Positions 37,546-50,818 of a stretch of DNA of 64,000 bases are shown here, in pieces (position 1 is the first letter of the stretch; each line of letters starts with the position of its first letter). A model generated the notes under the pieces. It did no database searches. It saw only the letters and a program-made list of their open reading frames with translations, and was not told where the DNA came from. The position numbers and the translations under genes were made by a program. This DNA comes from Lingula anatina. Taxonomy: Eukaryota > Animalia > Brachiopoda. The stretch covers positions 30,076,401 through 30,140,400 of the forward strand of contig CM120641.1 of assembly GCA_051362555.1 (NCBI GenBank). The letters are read 5' to 3'.

Positions 37546-39197
37546 GCGCACTGTGAATACTTTCGCTGTGAAACAGTGAGTACGCCAAAAGAGAGCGCTA
37601 AAATCTGAAGTTAGTAATTAAATTGCAAAATATTCCAAGAGAATATGTGGAACATGTTTCCAAAACTAGTTCTCTTTTTGAACCCTTCGGCGTGTCTAAT
37701 ACGACACTCTAGATTACAAACTATTTTGTAAAAAAGAAGATTTTAGCAAAAGAAACTAATTTAAAAACAGATTCAAGTAAAGAAATATGACATTTGACGT
37801 TATTCTGGAGGTAGCGCTGGGTCATTTCAAAATTAGTTCAACTTTGTGCCCCAGTTTGTGCGTGGAAGAAGGAAGAATAAATGTTTTTTCTGCATTATTT
37901 TTTTTAAACAACGTTTATTCAAAAGAATGAAGTGGAGGCAAGGCGCTGGAAGCATTATATGCTCTCCACAAAATTAAAGTAAATAAGTAAATAAATAAAA
38001 CAAATGGATAGGTATATACATATATACAACAGAGTAAATGTAAAACTTCATATATATCAGGAGCACAAGTTAAGTACAGAAAGAAAGAAGAGGAAAAGAG
38101 ATAGTACCTATTAAGTGATAACGAAGTTTACGAGAAGAAAATTTGCAACAGTGTCGAAGATAATTTCATTTTGGGTGGGTGATAAGGATTTATGACAGTA
38201 GAGAAATAACGACAGCTTTTCTTTTTGTGTTTTGAAAGAGGTCTTGCTTGCATGTAGAGTTTCATTTATTTTTTGGTAAAGGGGAGGGTACCTTGAATTG
38301 AGTAAAGGGCATCTGAAGAAAAAGTGAAGAGGGGTTTCAAGGGCACCACAGGTGCAGTGTGGTGTATCAATAGTAGTCCAGTTATGCCTAAACAATTCTG
38401 CTCTAAATAAACACCCGACCCTCGCTCTGTTAAGAATTTTTTCATGATTTCTGTTCAAGTTAAGTGTTGTTGTTGAAAGCGACCCAGCAGTGAGGTGTTT
38501 TTTTTATCGAGTTCTTGAAAGATGAGATTGAAGGTAAAGATTTAGTGGAGGAGGAGAGTTGATCCCATGAAGACATCAGAAGATAGTTAACTGAGGTACG
38601 GGGGTATTTAGGAGGAAGTTTAAAGTCTCTTTTGTTATTTTCTCGGGTTATGATTGGAAAAGGGTTTCTGAATGGGCGGAATATATCAGAAACATAGGAG
38701 GGGACCAAATTCGCCATGACTGAAAACATAATTTTTTGAGCATGCATTTTTCTTCTATCAAATAGAGAAATCCAATTTAGTTGTTCAAATATTTTGGAGG
38801 TACAAGAGCTAGGTAAGGCTCCCAGTACTATTTTGCCGGCTTGGTATTGAAGAGACGATAGTTTCGATAATTTCTTCTGGAGTGAGTTATGATAGAAGAT
38901 GTCACAGTAATCAAATTGTGATTGGATAAAGGCATTATATATAACATTTAAATGATTGGACCTAACTTTGCAGTATAGAGGTTTTAGTGCATTTACGGCC
39001 CGTTGAACCTTTTCGCAAACATGATCAGTATGATCATTAAAATTTAGTTTTGAATCAAGTACTAGTCCCAGGTGTTTGTGGCTCTTTGTCCTAGGTATCA
39101 TGGTATTGTTTATATACAATTCAGGGTATGTACTATTATCATTTTCTTTGCCGAATATAATTTCGCGGCACTTTGCCGGTTTAAAATTGAGTTTCCA

Positions 39198-40295
39198 TTA
39201 CAAAATTACAAACTGCTTAGTAACACCATCTAAGGCCTTACATACCCACACAGCACATATCAATTGTGAGTCTTCAATCAAGCATTTCTCTAGACATAGA
39301 TTAAAAATATACTAAACAGGTTCCTCAAATTATGGTGGCTTGATTCGACTTAATATGCTCATGTACATGTTGCATTGCATCATTAAAAGTATGGAAATAA
39401 TTTTCATGTCAGTGTTATCAACCAAAAGGAAAGGGACCCTGATAATTTGTCATTGAATTATGCAACAATGTTTTGCATTTTATGTTTACTTTTATCCATA
39501 CAAAATGTGCATTTTCCTATATTTTCAATCAAATAAAGATCAATTCATGAACTGACTTGTTGTTATGTTACATTGAATGTCATAAGTTTGAAAATTACAT
39601 TGCTTCTGTGAAGGTCTGGACTAATAATAAAATGCTAACAATGTTGCTACTGTGAATGGTTGAATTCATGGTAAAATGTTGAACTCTCAAACAACAGTCA
39701 TGTTACAAATACTTCCTAATGAACCAAAATGAGGCACAAGAATGCTGAAATAATTTCTGACAGCTTCATGATGTATAGTTAAATCATATCTGACAGCAAT
39801 ATTTCTTGTCACAACCCTGCATACTGTCTTCTTTGAGTCCGTAAGGGTTGATCCCGATAGTCAGCTCAAATTTCTCCTTATATCTATCCTTTATGTAAAA
39901 AGTTGCTTCTATGAAAGGTTGAATTTATGATTACACAGTAAACTCTCTAAAACTATAACTGTTATTACCCAATGAACAAGAAAAATGAAGTACAAGATAA
40001 CTGAACTACAGTAGCTTCTGACAACATTCCACGATGTTGGGATACAGGGGTAGGTCAGGATTTCAAGTCTTTGGACTGTCTTGAGTTTATATGGGTCGAT
40101 CACGCTGATCAGCTGAAGTTTTCACATATATATATATATATACTATTTTCCTTTTGGTGTACTTGATCACGATATGAAGATTATTTCATTTTATTTGGTT
40201 CACCTATATTTACGCTACTATTCCCCGTCGTTCTTTCCCTCCAGAATGGCCGCTGGACGAGTGTTACGGAGCAAATATGACGTCACTGTAATGGG
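39198..40295 (-). mobile_element. Non-coding insertion in the LINE RT; one end reads TTAA|CCCATTACAG (piggyBac-like), the other end appears lost
   Basis: The RT stops at IENWSN (40296) and resumes with WKLNFKPAKC below 39198. Confidence 0.6.
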
Positions 40296-41498
40296 TTAAT
40301 TGGACCAATTTTCAATGGTACGTAGGTCACCTTGTAATATAGCATGTGAATCAACATCTCCCCGACGCGAGGGCATAAAGAGGGAAGTATCATCCGCATA
40401 GATGAAACAATCAGTAGAGAGTCCGTCAGGGAGGTCATTTATATATATGAGAAAAAGTAACGGGCCAAGTATGCTACCTTGGGGTACACTTGTATTTATG
40501 TAACCTCCCTTAGATAAATTAGACGATTTCCCACCAACACGTACTTTAACTCTTCTATTGGTCAAGTACGATGACAATAGTGCATGAAGTTTGCCGGTTA
40601 GACCGTAAGACTTGAGTTTAAGGAGAAGGAGTGAATGGGGAACTCTGTCGAATGCAGCCTCTATATCGAGAAAGACTCCTCTGGTGTCATAACCATTAAT
40701 AGAATTACTCGTAATTAAATTATGAATCGCCAAGAGCTGGTGCTCTGTGCTATGACCCTTCAAAAAGCCGGATTGTTTAGGGTATAGGAGCTTGTTGTTC
40801 AGAATAAAGTTAATCACTCTATTATATATTATTCGCTCTAAAATCTTAGATATAATACTAAGTAAAGAAATTGGTCTATAGTTTAAAATAGATTTTTTAT
40901 CATCTTTTTTAAAGATTGGGCAAATTTCGGCAATTTTCCAGATGTTGGGGAAGGTATTAGACTGTATAATTGAGTTAAACAGAATATTTAGGGGCTTCAC
41001 CACGGAGTTTTTGGTAAGTTTTATCATCTTGACGGTAATCAGGTCAGGGCCGTTAGCTTTAGATGGGTCTAAATCATCAATTATCGATTTAATTTCATTA
41101 ATAGTGGATTGTATCTGAGATAGGGAAGCATCAGTTCTTACAGGAAAGAGAATTTCGCCAACATTTGCTACAGAGTCCGAGTGGTACATTGATGAGAAAT
41201 AGGACAAAAATTCATCAGCCTTTTCTTGATCAGTAGAAGCGACAGATCCATTTCTCGGGTTATTGAGAATAGGAATAGAAGACGATCGCTGTTTCCCAAG
41301 AATATTTTTCATTACGGTCCAGTATGATTTACTATCATCACCTTTATTGTCGAGGCTCTCTATTTTAGAATTAAGGAATGATTCTTTTGTTTTAATTATT
41401 AATTCTTTAACTTTTATCGCCTGATTTTTGTAATTATTTTCATTCCTTTCTGAAGGTTTAATCCTCATTTTTTTATATAGTTTCTTTTTCTTATTTAA

Positions 41499-44400
41499 GT
41501 GTGTGTCCACGAGAAAACCAAACCAAATGTAGAAAATGCGGCAAGGTGGGGGTGAACGGATTTACATCATATTTGGTGTGTTTGAACCTTTATATGAACA
41601 ATATCTGAGGCTGCAATATTTCCTGAAAAAAATCCCTACTTACAGAGATAGGGCCTATGGCCAGTGACAATTTGGGGGGTTTATCAACCAAAAATTCTTC
41701 TGAAAAACAGGGTTATATTGATTGGCCTTAAAGTTTATACAGGTGTCACCAAATGATTTAGTTTGGTGATATATTTTAACCTAAAGATAGGGGATTAAAA
41801 TGATATACACTTTTTCCACTCTCTTTGTTTCCATGGTAACAAACCAAGCGTTTTTCTCAGGCCTACAAACCACATGCTTTGAACACCCCCCTTCTATTTT
41901 TGACAATATCTTCATCTTCACAGGTCTTTGGGGTAAAGCGTGTTCAGGACTAACAGATAACTCATTAATCTATTTATACATGAAATCAAAACTTACTGCT
42001 GTTCTACAACTTGTCCGTTGTAACAGATAGAACATGACCTAATATTTCTTCATTTTTCGTAAATATATCCGAACACGTATATCGGTGCACTGAACTTCAG
42101 CCATCTCTTTCAAGTCAACGAATGGTTTAAAACACTGTTAGTTGAACTTTTTATTTTCATTTTACCTATTCTAATTTTTTTCTGGTTAAAACAAGCATCT
42201 AACACATTTTAAAACCATGTGAAACTAATGTACTAACGTCAGAACAACACAACGTCATTATCCAACATGGCGGAAATCGCAGACTGTTTGTTTACAAATC
42301 TTCCTCAACGAAGTCGTATATCATGTGGTTTATACTCTGTCTACAGATATAAAAAACATGTAGTGTATTGAAAAATTGCAACAGAGATATTAACAGTCAT
42401 CTTCGTCGCGTTTACGTGAAGCAAAACAGCGTGAGTTACGAAAGCACACTGATTCTTGTCAGGTGTGAATTCTTTTGTATCCGATGACAGCAATTGGACT
42501 TTTTCAAGTATCTTTGGGAGAATAAATGGGTTACACCATGTGACCAGCACTGGGATATGGGCTTGGTTTGTGCTGGAAACCATCCACACAGGGGAAAACG
42601 AGCCTATAACGAAATATGTCATGGGATTAACTGCAGATGTCAGTGTAGACAAAAAGCCATTTGAATATACTGATGCCACTTGGTTCAGGTAAGAAACGGG
42701 TTTGTTTGTATTTTAATACAGGCTAAAATCCAGAAAAAAAGTTCACTCAGAAAAATGATCTAGGTGTAATTTTTTAATGGTAAACGCTCCATTTTTTTAA
42801 AAAGAAAAATGCCCCCTTTCAAATAATGAAATTGCAGCCTAAGGACCTGTGATAATTTTATCTTTTAAGCTATATTTGTGTGGGTATTTATGTAGGTTTA
42901 ATGGTACTTGGGTAAAATAAATTTAAGGGTAACAATTGGAATTAGATTGAAGCTAGGGCTGGTCTTGGCAAAATTGCTAGGCTCATCATAATTAATATTC
43001 GAAACCATGCCTTACTTATAAAACATGGACAAATGGGATAATAATTTATTTTTCATCAATGTATCAATTAACTTTCAGATAAGTGTTTTCATGTGTCTAT
43101 AGTAAGCTATATTTATATTTCAGGCATATTTGAGAAGTGTCATTTGACACACAGTGATCTTATGGTCAGCAAAAGAGTCCAAAGTCTTGCAGAAACTGAA
43201 ACTAGTGTGGAAATGATGGCTGTTGTAGAAAGGCATGTATGTAAATGAAAGCCACAATATAACAAATGCTGAGGAGATGCATGAGGCCCTAGTTTCTGCA
43301 GTTGGAGCCATTTTCTACATCCAGCTAGACAGACATCTTCCAAACCTGCGTGGACTGGAGTGTCCAATTACAACAATTTAGCTTTCTTGATTCCTACAAC
43401 ATGAGAAAAGGTGTCTTCCTTCCTTGAGCAGTTTTAACATGAGTGATACTGATGTTAAAGTTAATTTGGGTTTTTCTGAGGCAAATATGCCAACTGGGAC
43501 TATACCAAGCAAGATCACAAACAGGGAAATTTTTTCTTGTCCAGAGAAGTTTTCTCTGAAATCTTTTGCTACTAAGACTGAAGAGTATTTGTAAGGTCCT
43601 TTTTTAGACCACAGTTATGAAATGTGCCAAAAAAAAAAAAAGCTTTTGATCAAATTAAAGTCTAGTGGGCCAACAATCTGACTAAAGAAAAACTTAAAGC
43701 ACATCAGCTGTGAGAGAACTCCACCCTCTTGAATATCTCACTGAGTTACACAATGGATGAGCTTTAAAGTCATCTAAACCTTTGAAACTATATTCAAATA
43801 AAGTAAAGGAGTTTTTACTGAAGGAGTTTAGAAGGGCACAAGAAACAGGCCAGCAGAACCTAGCATTTGTGAGCATGAAGATGAGATTGAAATGTCAGTA
43901 AGGAGGGTTACAGACTCTTCAGGAAGAAAAAATCGGCAGTTATTTTTGAATGTATTAAAAACTTTGATGTTATGAGCTGTAATGTTTGATACAAAACTGC
44001 AAAGATGTTTCATAACACCAGGATATATTTTGTTGTGTTAGTTTTGCTTTTTGAATAGAAAATTATCTTGTTTTGCTACATTATGATATAGTTTGTAATG
44101 ATCACAACTAATGTTGCACTGCTTTGCATGTATTGCTATATTATAATTTTGTGATTTTTTTTATTATTTGTAATTATTCATCTGAGACAACAATAAACTA
44201 AATTGAATAATTTTTTAGTTACTGTATGCTCATAAATAGTCACCAAAAAGTGGTGTGGATGATTTAAAAAAAACTCTTGATAATTGAAAAAGATTTGTTC
44301 TGGCTTTGCTATCATAAATACTATGGCATATCCTGATCTCTATATGATAAATATTGCACCAAAAAGAAATTGCTACTAAACTAAGATTTTAATTTGTATT

Positions 44401-45279
44401 CACCAAATTGATGATATTAAAAAAAAAATATATATTAAAATTATCTTGTAAACTCTCAAGTTAATTGCCAGTGCCTATCCAAAGTAACAGAATCTATGAT
44501 TTATTTCCTCTAAATTTTTTGTCCATATAAATTAAGAAGTCCATATATGGCAATTTACAAATATGAAGCCCAGTGACCTTGACCTACTGACCTGATATTC
44601 ATTAGTACACACCCACTTTCCATGTTCACCAGCCCTATTAATTTAGTAACATCATTGTAGAGCAAAATGGTTTAATAAATTAATCAAACCTATCGTCTAC
44701 ATAGACTTGAATGAATCCACCACGATTTTTTGCCTTAAAAATGGCCAACTTTGGAGGTATTTTTCAGTACCTGTTTTAATACAGCAGTAACTTTTGAAAC
44801 TTGATTTGGAATGACCCATATCTGCCTAAAATATTCATGCAGTTTTATAGCTGTAAACCCTGTGAAGATGGAGATATATGCAATTAAAGATGGTAGTATC
44901 AAAATTGGACTTTGGGGGGAGGGGTGTTATAAATGGGTGTGGCTCGCCCAAGCAGGGTCTTATCTGAATTCTACATATATCTGTGGCAAGCCAAATGATT
45001 GTTTTCAATGATTGTAAGGTCTAATATTTTTTAGTTTTCTCCATTTTTGTTTAATTTACACAAAATATATCATTATTTTTCCAAGGTAAAAATGGAGTCT
45101 CAAAGAGGCTACATAAGCCATGACTTATAATAGGCTATAATTCTCTGAAGAAAGGATATTTTTGGGATTCCTTCCTAACTCATGAATAACTTCCTAATAT
45201 GCCTCCATACAACAAATTTGGTTGAAATCCGCTGACCCCCACCTTGCCACCCTGGGCTGGTTCTCTCGTGGACAAGCTC
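41499..45279 (+). mobile_element. TTAA-flanked DNA transposon (Kolobok-like) with a decayed, intron-containing transposase
   Basis: TTAA TSD at 41495-41498 and 45280-45283; TIR core TGTCCACGAGA..ACCA; subterminal GGCAAGGTGGGGGT / ACCCCCACCTTGCC; removal restores LINE IKHEL|NKKKK. Remnants: LKNCNRDINSHL, ILMPLGS|gt..ag|, YVNESHNITNAEEMHEAL, IFSCPE, KVKEFLLKEF. Confidence 0.8.
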
Positions 45280-46015
45280 TTAACTCATGCTTGATTTGGT
45301 CATTAAACCATGGCTTGTCATTTGACCTGATCAGCCTCCTTTTATGGGGTATATGGCGTTTGTAAAAAGAGAGTAAAGAATCAGTAAAAACTTCAGTTTT
45401 TACGTTCATATCATAATTATTTTTAAAAAATAAAGTTTCCCAGTCATATTCGCTTATGTCTTTGTCTAAAGCCACCAAATTAGCCTGATCGTACTTCCAT
45501 ATTGTTCTATATACAGGATCGTGTTTGGGTTGAGTAATACAAAGTTCAGTAACGAGGGTACTATGATCCGTTTGGCCAATGGGCGGGTCAACGAAGGCAC
45601 TGTTAATTAAGTCGGGTCTGTTTGTCAGAGTCAAATCGATACAAGAAGCGGATTTTCCTTGTATCCTGGTAGGCTCGTGGATCAGTTGATCGAATCCTTT
45701 TTCTAGAAACAAACTGCTCAAAAGCTTACCCGTGAGGTCTTCCTTACCTTTTCTGAACCAACTAAGAGAGTGAGCATTAAAGTCTCCATTAATAAAAATA
45801 CCGTTTGAATTTAGTTGGCATGCTTTTTCGAGACTCATTTTACATAAGTTCACAAACTTGTCTCTTTCGGTTGATGTTTGACTAGGCGACCTATAGAAGA
45901 TGCCATATAAAAACCGCTTAAACTGTAACTGAAATTCAATCCAAATGCAGTTGAGATCGTCACTCTTTAACTCAGGACATTCTTTGTAAACTATTTTCGA
46001 GCTGACAAAGATTAA

Positions 46016-46272
46016 GGCTTCGTTCACATGCAAGGTCTATTTTCTAAATTCTATTTTCTATTCGCGCTATCTTATGATCACGGTCTGTGCACTGAATATC
46101 CCGCCGCGTAATTACTGGCAGCGCGAGCCAGTTACTTATAGTAACTTATAGTAACTGGCTCGCGCTGCCAATAATTACGCGGCGGGATATTCAGTGCACA
46201 GACCGTGATCATAAGACATACCGCAAATAGAAAATAGAATTTAGAAAATAGACATTGCATGTGAACGAAGCC
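46016..46272. mobile_element. PIF/Harbinger-like palindromic MITE with TAA TSD
   Basis: TAA|GGCTTCGTTCACAT...ATGTGAACGAAGCC|TAA; near-complete 257-bp hairpin; removal restores GQGLL|IFVSS. Confidence 0.9.
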
Positions 46273-46509
46273 TAATAAGCCTTGGCCAATGTTGTAGTAG
46301 ATGGGAGAATGGTAACCCTCGATGTTGTAGACAGTGTTTAACTGATAAGAAGATAACTTTCCCACCTCTTATAAGCCGATGATTGACGCTTTTAGGAGTT
46401 TGGCTCGGATCATTAAGGCCTCAAATCTTGTACCATTTTCCGCACTGATGCTTCTGATGTTTGAAAACAAAAAATTGACTTCCTCAACCCGATTTTGCAG
46501 ACGTTTATG

Positions 46510-46557
46510 TGGGCCTGGATTTGGGTGGATATCACCTGAAATTAGGAGCAATAGACA
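46510..46557 (-). other. 2A-like oligopeptide (LLLLISGDIHPNPGP) immediately upstream of the LINE endonuclease
   Basis: In ORF 46369..47262; resembles D(V/I)ExNPGP but has H in place of E. Confidence 0.7.
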
Positions 46558-47677
46558 TAAATTAGTTTTATAGGGCAGACCAGGAGTTATTGGTAAGATA
46601 AACAGAGAGGATGGAAAAAAGGTACCGGTAAGAAAAGACATACTTTTGGCCAATCTATTGTTTAGCACATTATTTCGATTGTATATTTTGAGATAATTTG
46701 TACTGTTATTAAAAGTAGCAGACACTAAAATTGTTTCCACTTTCCAAGACTGAGAGTCACCGGGGCTTGGGTAGACTTCCCCTGAAATTAAGAGCAGTAG
46801 AAGTATAATAGTCACCAGAGGTAACCAGCAGCAAGTTACGGGTGTTGGAGATAAAGAAGAAAATGAAAATAAGGATATAACGTAATTTGGCTCCGTTTTG
46901 CATTTTGCTATACTAGTAGAAATTTGACTATTAGAATAAATCGAGTTAACATGTCTACTAGGCATACTGCCGACTATGTCAGTTGTGATCAGTTGAGAAT
47001 GATTCAAAACACTTCCTCCTAACTCACAATAAAGATCGCAATTATAATACTTTCGAGAAGTTGAACCTTCATGTGTTACATATATGTACACTATGAACAT
47101 CAATATGCCATCTCTCAAACCAGTGATACTCGGTTTGATCTTAAGCAACCACAGATAAGCAACAAAGATTTCAACCACAGGGTTGTGCCTGTCAAGAGTA
47201 TAGATGGTTACAGACAATTTTAAAGTTGAAGCATTTTCTTTCCTAGTTACATTCCCCTCCACTAGATCCTATCTTGGAGTACTTGAAAGCTGCGGTGAAG
47301 GAACTCTGGGCCTAAAAATTGGAACGCTATTTACAGTATATACAGGTTGGCCCATTTGAGCGGTAACTAACCCTGGGTTTGGGTGTGGTTGGCCGTTAAA
47401 AATCCCTGGATGATTGCTAACATGCTTCCCAGTCCACACATTCATTGTGTTTGTGTTATCCCCCGTGTTCTGCTGACCTCTTCTGTACATTTCAGGAGTT
47501 TTTTCTCGGATCAAGCCATGGTTGGTAATGAAGAACCTATGACCGTCCGGTATTTGGTGGAGCATAAACTCCATGTTTTTTTCCAAAACGCGCAGTGGAA
47601 TATTGACAACGCTGAGTGGAATATTGACAGGTTCTTTTATCGTCAAAGACTTTCTGCAAATAAATTTTAAAAAAATT

Positions 47678-47679
47678 AA

Positions 47680-47714
<35 letters not shown>
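47678..47714. repeat. (TAAA)n microsatellite
   Basis: Direct reading. Confidence 0.9.
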
Positions 47715-48254
47715 ACGATACTAATTCATCTTCATTAAAGGCGACATTCGTGTTGTGGTTGAGGTAAGTGGTTTAATTTTTGCGGGACTAAATGTTAGGA
47801 CCTTTGTTAATAAGATAAGTGGATGGGAAAGAAAAATATAACTTTTAACAAAAATATTACTATCTTACTTAACAAACAAACCGCTACTTCGCTCTTGTAA
47901 CTATTTTGTTGGTTTATTTTACTGCAGTAAAGCGTGGATAAAATGCATGTAGTTCAAAACGCCCTCACAGTGCCGTTGCTTTTGCGACTTCAGCTGCTGG
48001 GGTTAGGTGAAGTGGCGAGGACAGAAACCGAAGGGACTAAATCGGCACTGGTTTATTACAACTCTCCAATCCTCCACTCATTTCAAGCGGTCAATACACG
48101 TCTTCAACACATATCATAAATTACATGATTATTTGACATGCCAGTACAACACTTTTTACACAATTTTATCTTATATAAGAATTTAAAGCCATGCATGTAT
48201 TTTATTTCCCCGAGAAATGATATTTTGACATAGGGGCCCCGGTCCATATGTAAA

Positions 48255-49015
48255 AACTACTTTTTATACGCGGTAATATTCTGACGTTTGTCTTGTCTCA
48301 ACATGGTTGTGACGTCTTCCACAAAATTGATGGAAATGTGCTAGATGTGACAAGCCGCATATAGTAGGCCATAATAACCGATTTTTAACCATTTACCTAA
48401 AATATCTTGTTAAACGGTTTTCCTCATCTACTGATACGGATTGTTGAAATTGTAATATTAAGTTTTTCATGAATCTTTCAAACGTAGTATTACTTGTAAG
48501 AGGGATTTTTTTATGATTTGGTCACTTATTCAGTGGATCTAAGAGGGAGGGGGCCACGTGCCCCTCCCTTTATACCTATAACTTCTGAAATACACATTTT
48601 CCCAATCCCACCCCTCTTCCACGCACATTTGCACTTCTAGCTATTCTGATCAAAGTAAAATGATATTATAAGTAATTGTAAAGTAAGTTACTCTACTAAA
48701 TTTGACATCTACTAAAAACAATTTTTACACGCGGTATATTTTGGCTTCTGTCCTGTCTCAACATGGCTGTGACGACAACCACAGATTTCATGGAAATGTG
48801 CTATGATGTGACAAGCTCGTGGCAGCTGTAAATATGTACATGAAGTATGCCATTAAATCAACGGTTTTTAACCATTTTCTCAATAAAGAATATCGTTAAA
48901 GTGTTTTAATGCATGTCTCTTGGCACTTTGGTTCCTCATCTACCGATCAGAAAAAACAGAAGACAAATGTAGAATGAAGTTGTTCATAAATCTGTAATAA
49001 GAAGTATTACTTGCA
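48255..49015 (+). repeat. Diverged direct duplication (~250-290 bp units at ~48260 and ~48722)
   Basis: Both units share ACGCGGTA..TGTCTCAACATGG..TGGAAATGTGCTA..GTATTACTTG. Confidence 0.65.
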
Positions 49016-50062
49016 ATGTACATGTATAATACCATAGCGCTAGACACAGTGTGTTTTTTATTTGTGTCATACTACACTGTTTTACATTAGCCGAGCGAAA
49101 AGAGACACATTTTATCCTATGTCACTCTTCCTCTTTCAACACAGAGTCTTAGATCCTCGAGTGATTGTTAATACGTCAACTGTGAAATAGGGGAGACCGG
49201 GGCTAGTTGGCCCAATTAGACACTTTTGGCCTTGTAGTGCCAACTAGGAATGAGTGACAGTAACAAAACCGGTTTAAAAGTAAGCCCCATGAACTAAGCT
49301 ACGTATCCAACGTCAATATTTTTCAAACATAATGCCAGATGGCTCACAATTTGACAAAAAACGCAGTTGACGTCAGGGGGGCCAACTTGCCCCGCCACGG
49401 GGCAAGTTGGCCCCAGGGTCGGGACAAGTTGGCTCCCTATACGATAATGAAGTATCACATATAAATGCCTTGAAATACATTTTATACATTTTTAAATTTA
49501 TTAAATTGATTTTTGAGAGTCTTTGATGAATAAATAGTTCAAACGAGGCAGATTTATTGAGGTTTCCGTACGTCACGTTGTAGGGGGGGGGGGGGGGGGG
49601 GGTAAGTGTTGCAAGAACCAAAATATCTATGAATAAAATTTGTTTTGTTTTAATTAAGAATAAATTAATAATGGTATAAAGCAGGCTTTTAATGAATGAA
49701 AACGAAAAATAAATTTTCATTTTAAAAGAAAGTAACAACTTCAGTTTTAAACCATTAAGTTTGTTTCAACAATGGTCTCTAGCTCTGTCGTAAAGATTTG
49801 AGGGTAATACGAGGGTCCAACTTGCCCCGAGCCACGGGGGCAAACTAGCCCCGGGTGCACATAGAATGAGAAACGATAATACGTCTCTGTTAAACTTGAA
49901 ACAATGAGCTTCAGTTTGATGCCTTATACATATATTATATTCGATCAAAAGCATATGAAAATAGATTTTTAAACCTCTTAAACAAAATTATTTTTAGGTG
50001 CAAAAATCGTTTATTTCGACTCACCTCTTAAGTAAAACTTTTTAATGCCCGACACTTCCTTA

Positions 50063-50594
50063 TGTTGTAAAGCAAATTACTTACACTTTCACTAATCACA
50101 GATAATAATTAAAGCGGAATCAAATGAGTAAAAGGGACAAAGAGTTATTGAGTGTAAGTTAAGTTTCTCCAAGAGTCAACAAATGTAGAACATGTTTTTA
50201 GTGTCAGAAAAAGATGGAAAAGGTCAAAGTCAGTAACAGTTAATGTAATTGGTTAATTTCATAACATATTTTAATTTTGATCATCTATTTATCACATGAT
50301 AACTGAGTTTTGGATAAGGTCCAAGTATGAGTAATCCAAATAATATTTTAGATATCTTTAATTGAAACAAGTATCTAAGGGATAACCTAATAAGGAAATG
50401 TTGCACGGTGACTTGCAATATGCGAATGGAAAATATTTTGTAATCACGCAAAGACAATGGAAAAGAAAACAAGTAAGTGCGTGATCAGTACGGAGAAATT
50501 GATTATAAATATTTGTGAAGTTGTATGAAGAGGGAGTCGGTGAATAAACGTTCGAAAGCTCCAAATACTGCTGTCGTCATTCCTCACTATAACA
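50063..50594 (+). repeat. 5' LTR (532 bp)
   Basis: TGTTGTAAAGC...ACTATAACA; about 7 substitutions and one 2-bp indel versus the 3' LTR, counted by eye. Confidence 0.95.
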
Positions 50595-50596
50595 AG

Positions 50597-50604
50597 TGGT
50601 GGAG
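50597..50604 (+). promoter_or_regulatory. Primer-binding site TGGTGGAG (complementary to a tRNA 3' end, Ala-like)
   Basis: Starts 2 nt after the 5' LTR; reverse complement is CTCCACCA. Confidence 0.6.
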
Positions 50605-50818
50605 GAAAAATCGATCCCCGCTCTACCGAGGCAAGTGGAACGGTGATACAGTTATGGTGATGACGGCGGCAGGAGCATAGACACCGATGGGTTCATGCCA
50701 TCCACCCAAGGGCAAACATCGTCAGTGCCTCAGTGCAGCGAAAACTGAGTATGCTGGGTATTGAAAATCGCCAAAAGTCATTACCCAAGCAACAATTAAT
50801 AACTGAAAAGAAATGAAG

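Larger units (their letters stand above)
37895..47650 (-). mobile_element. 5'-truncated CR1/L2-group APE-type LINE interrupted by three DNA-transposon insertions
   Basis: ORF1-like tail 47269-47646. Endonuclease 45284-46450 (GDFNAH, SCIDL, TDH). RT 40296-41494 (KANGPD, YRPISLL, QSGF, AFDRV, VPQGSILGP, YADD). C-terminus 38111-39197 (CTCGALETPLHFFFRCP). AATAAA plus A-tail at ~37895-37920. Candidate 8-bp TSD TTTCTGCA at 37887-37894 and 47651-47658. Confidence 0.9.

Noticed and set aside
46016-46272. miRNA precursor or structured ncRNA
   Set aside because: The hairpin is fully explained as a TAA-flanked MITE whose removal restores the LINE frame.
46132-46365. 77-aa ORF as an independent gene
   Set aside because: It is LINE endonuclease sequence after an in-frame stop, reading into the Harbinger-like MITE.
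47383-47400. Third 2A-like motif (QPHPNPGL) in LINE ORF1
   Set aside because: It lacks the D(V/I) position, the upstream hydrophobic run and the final proline.
50281-50564. Minus-strand ORFs duplicated at 58515-58757
   Set aside because: They are incidental ORFs inside the two LTRs.
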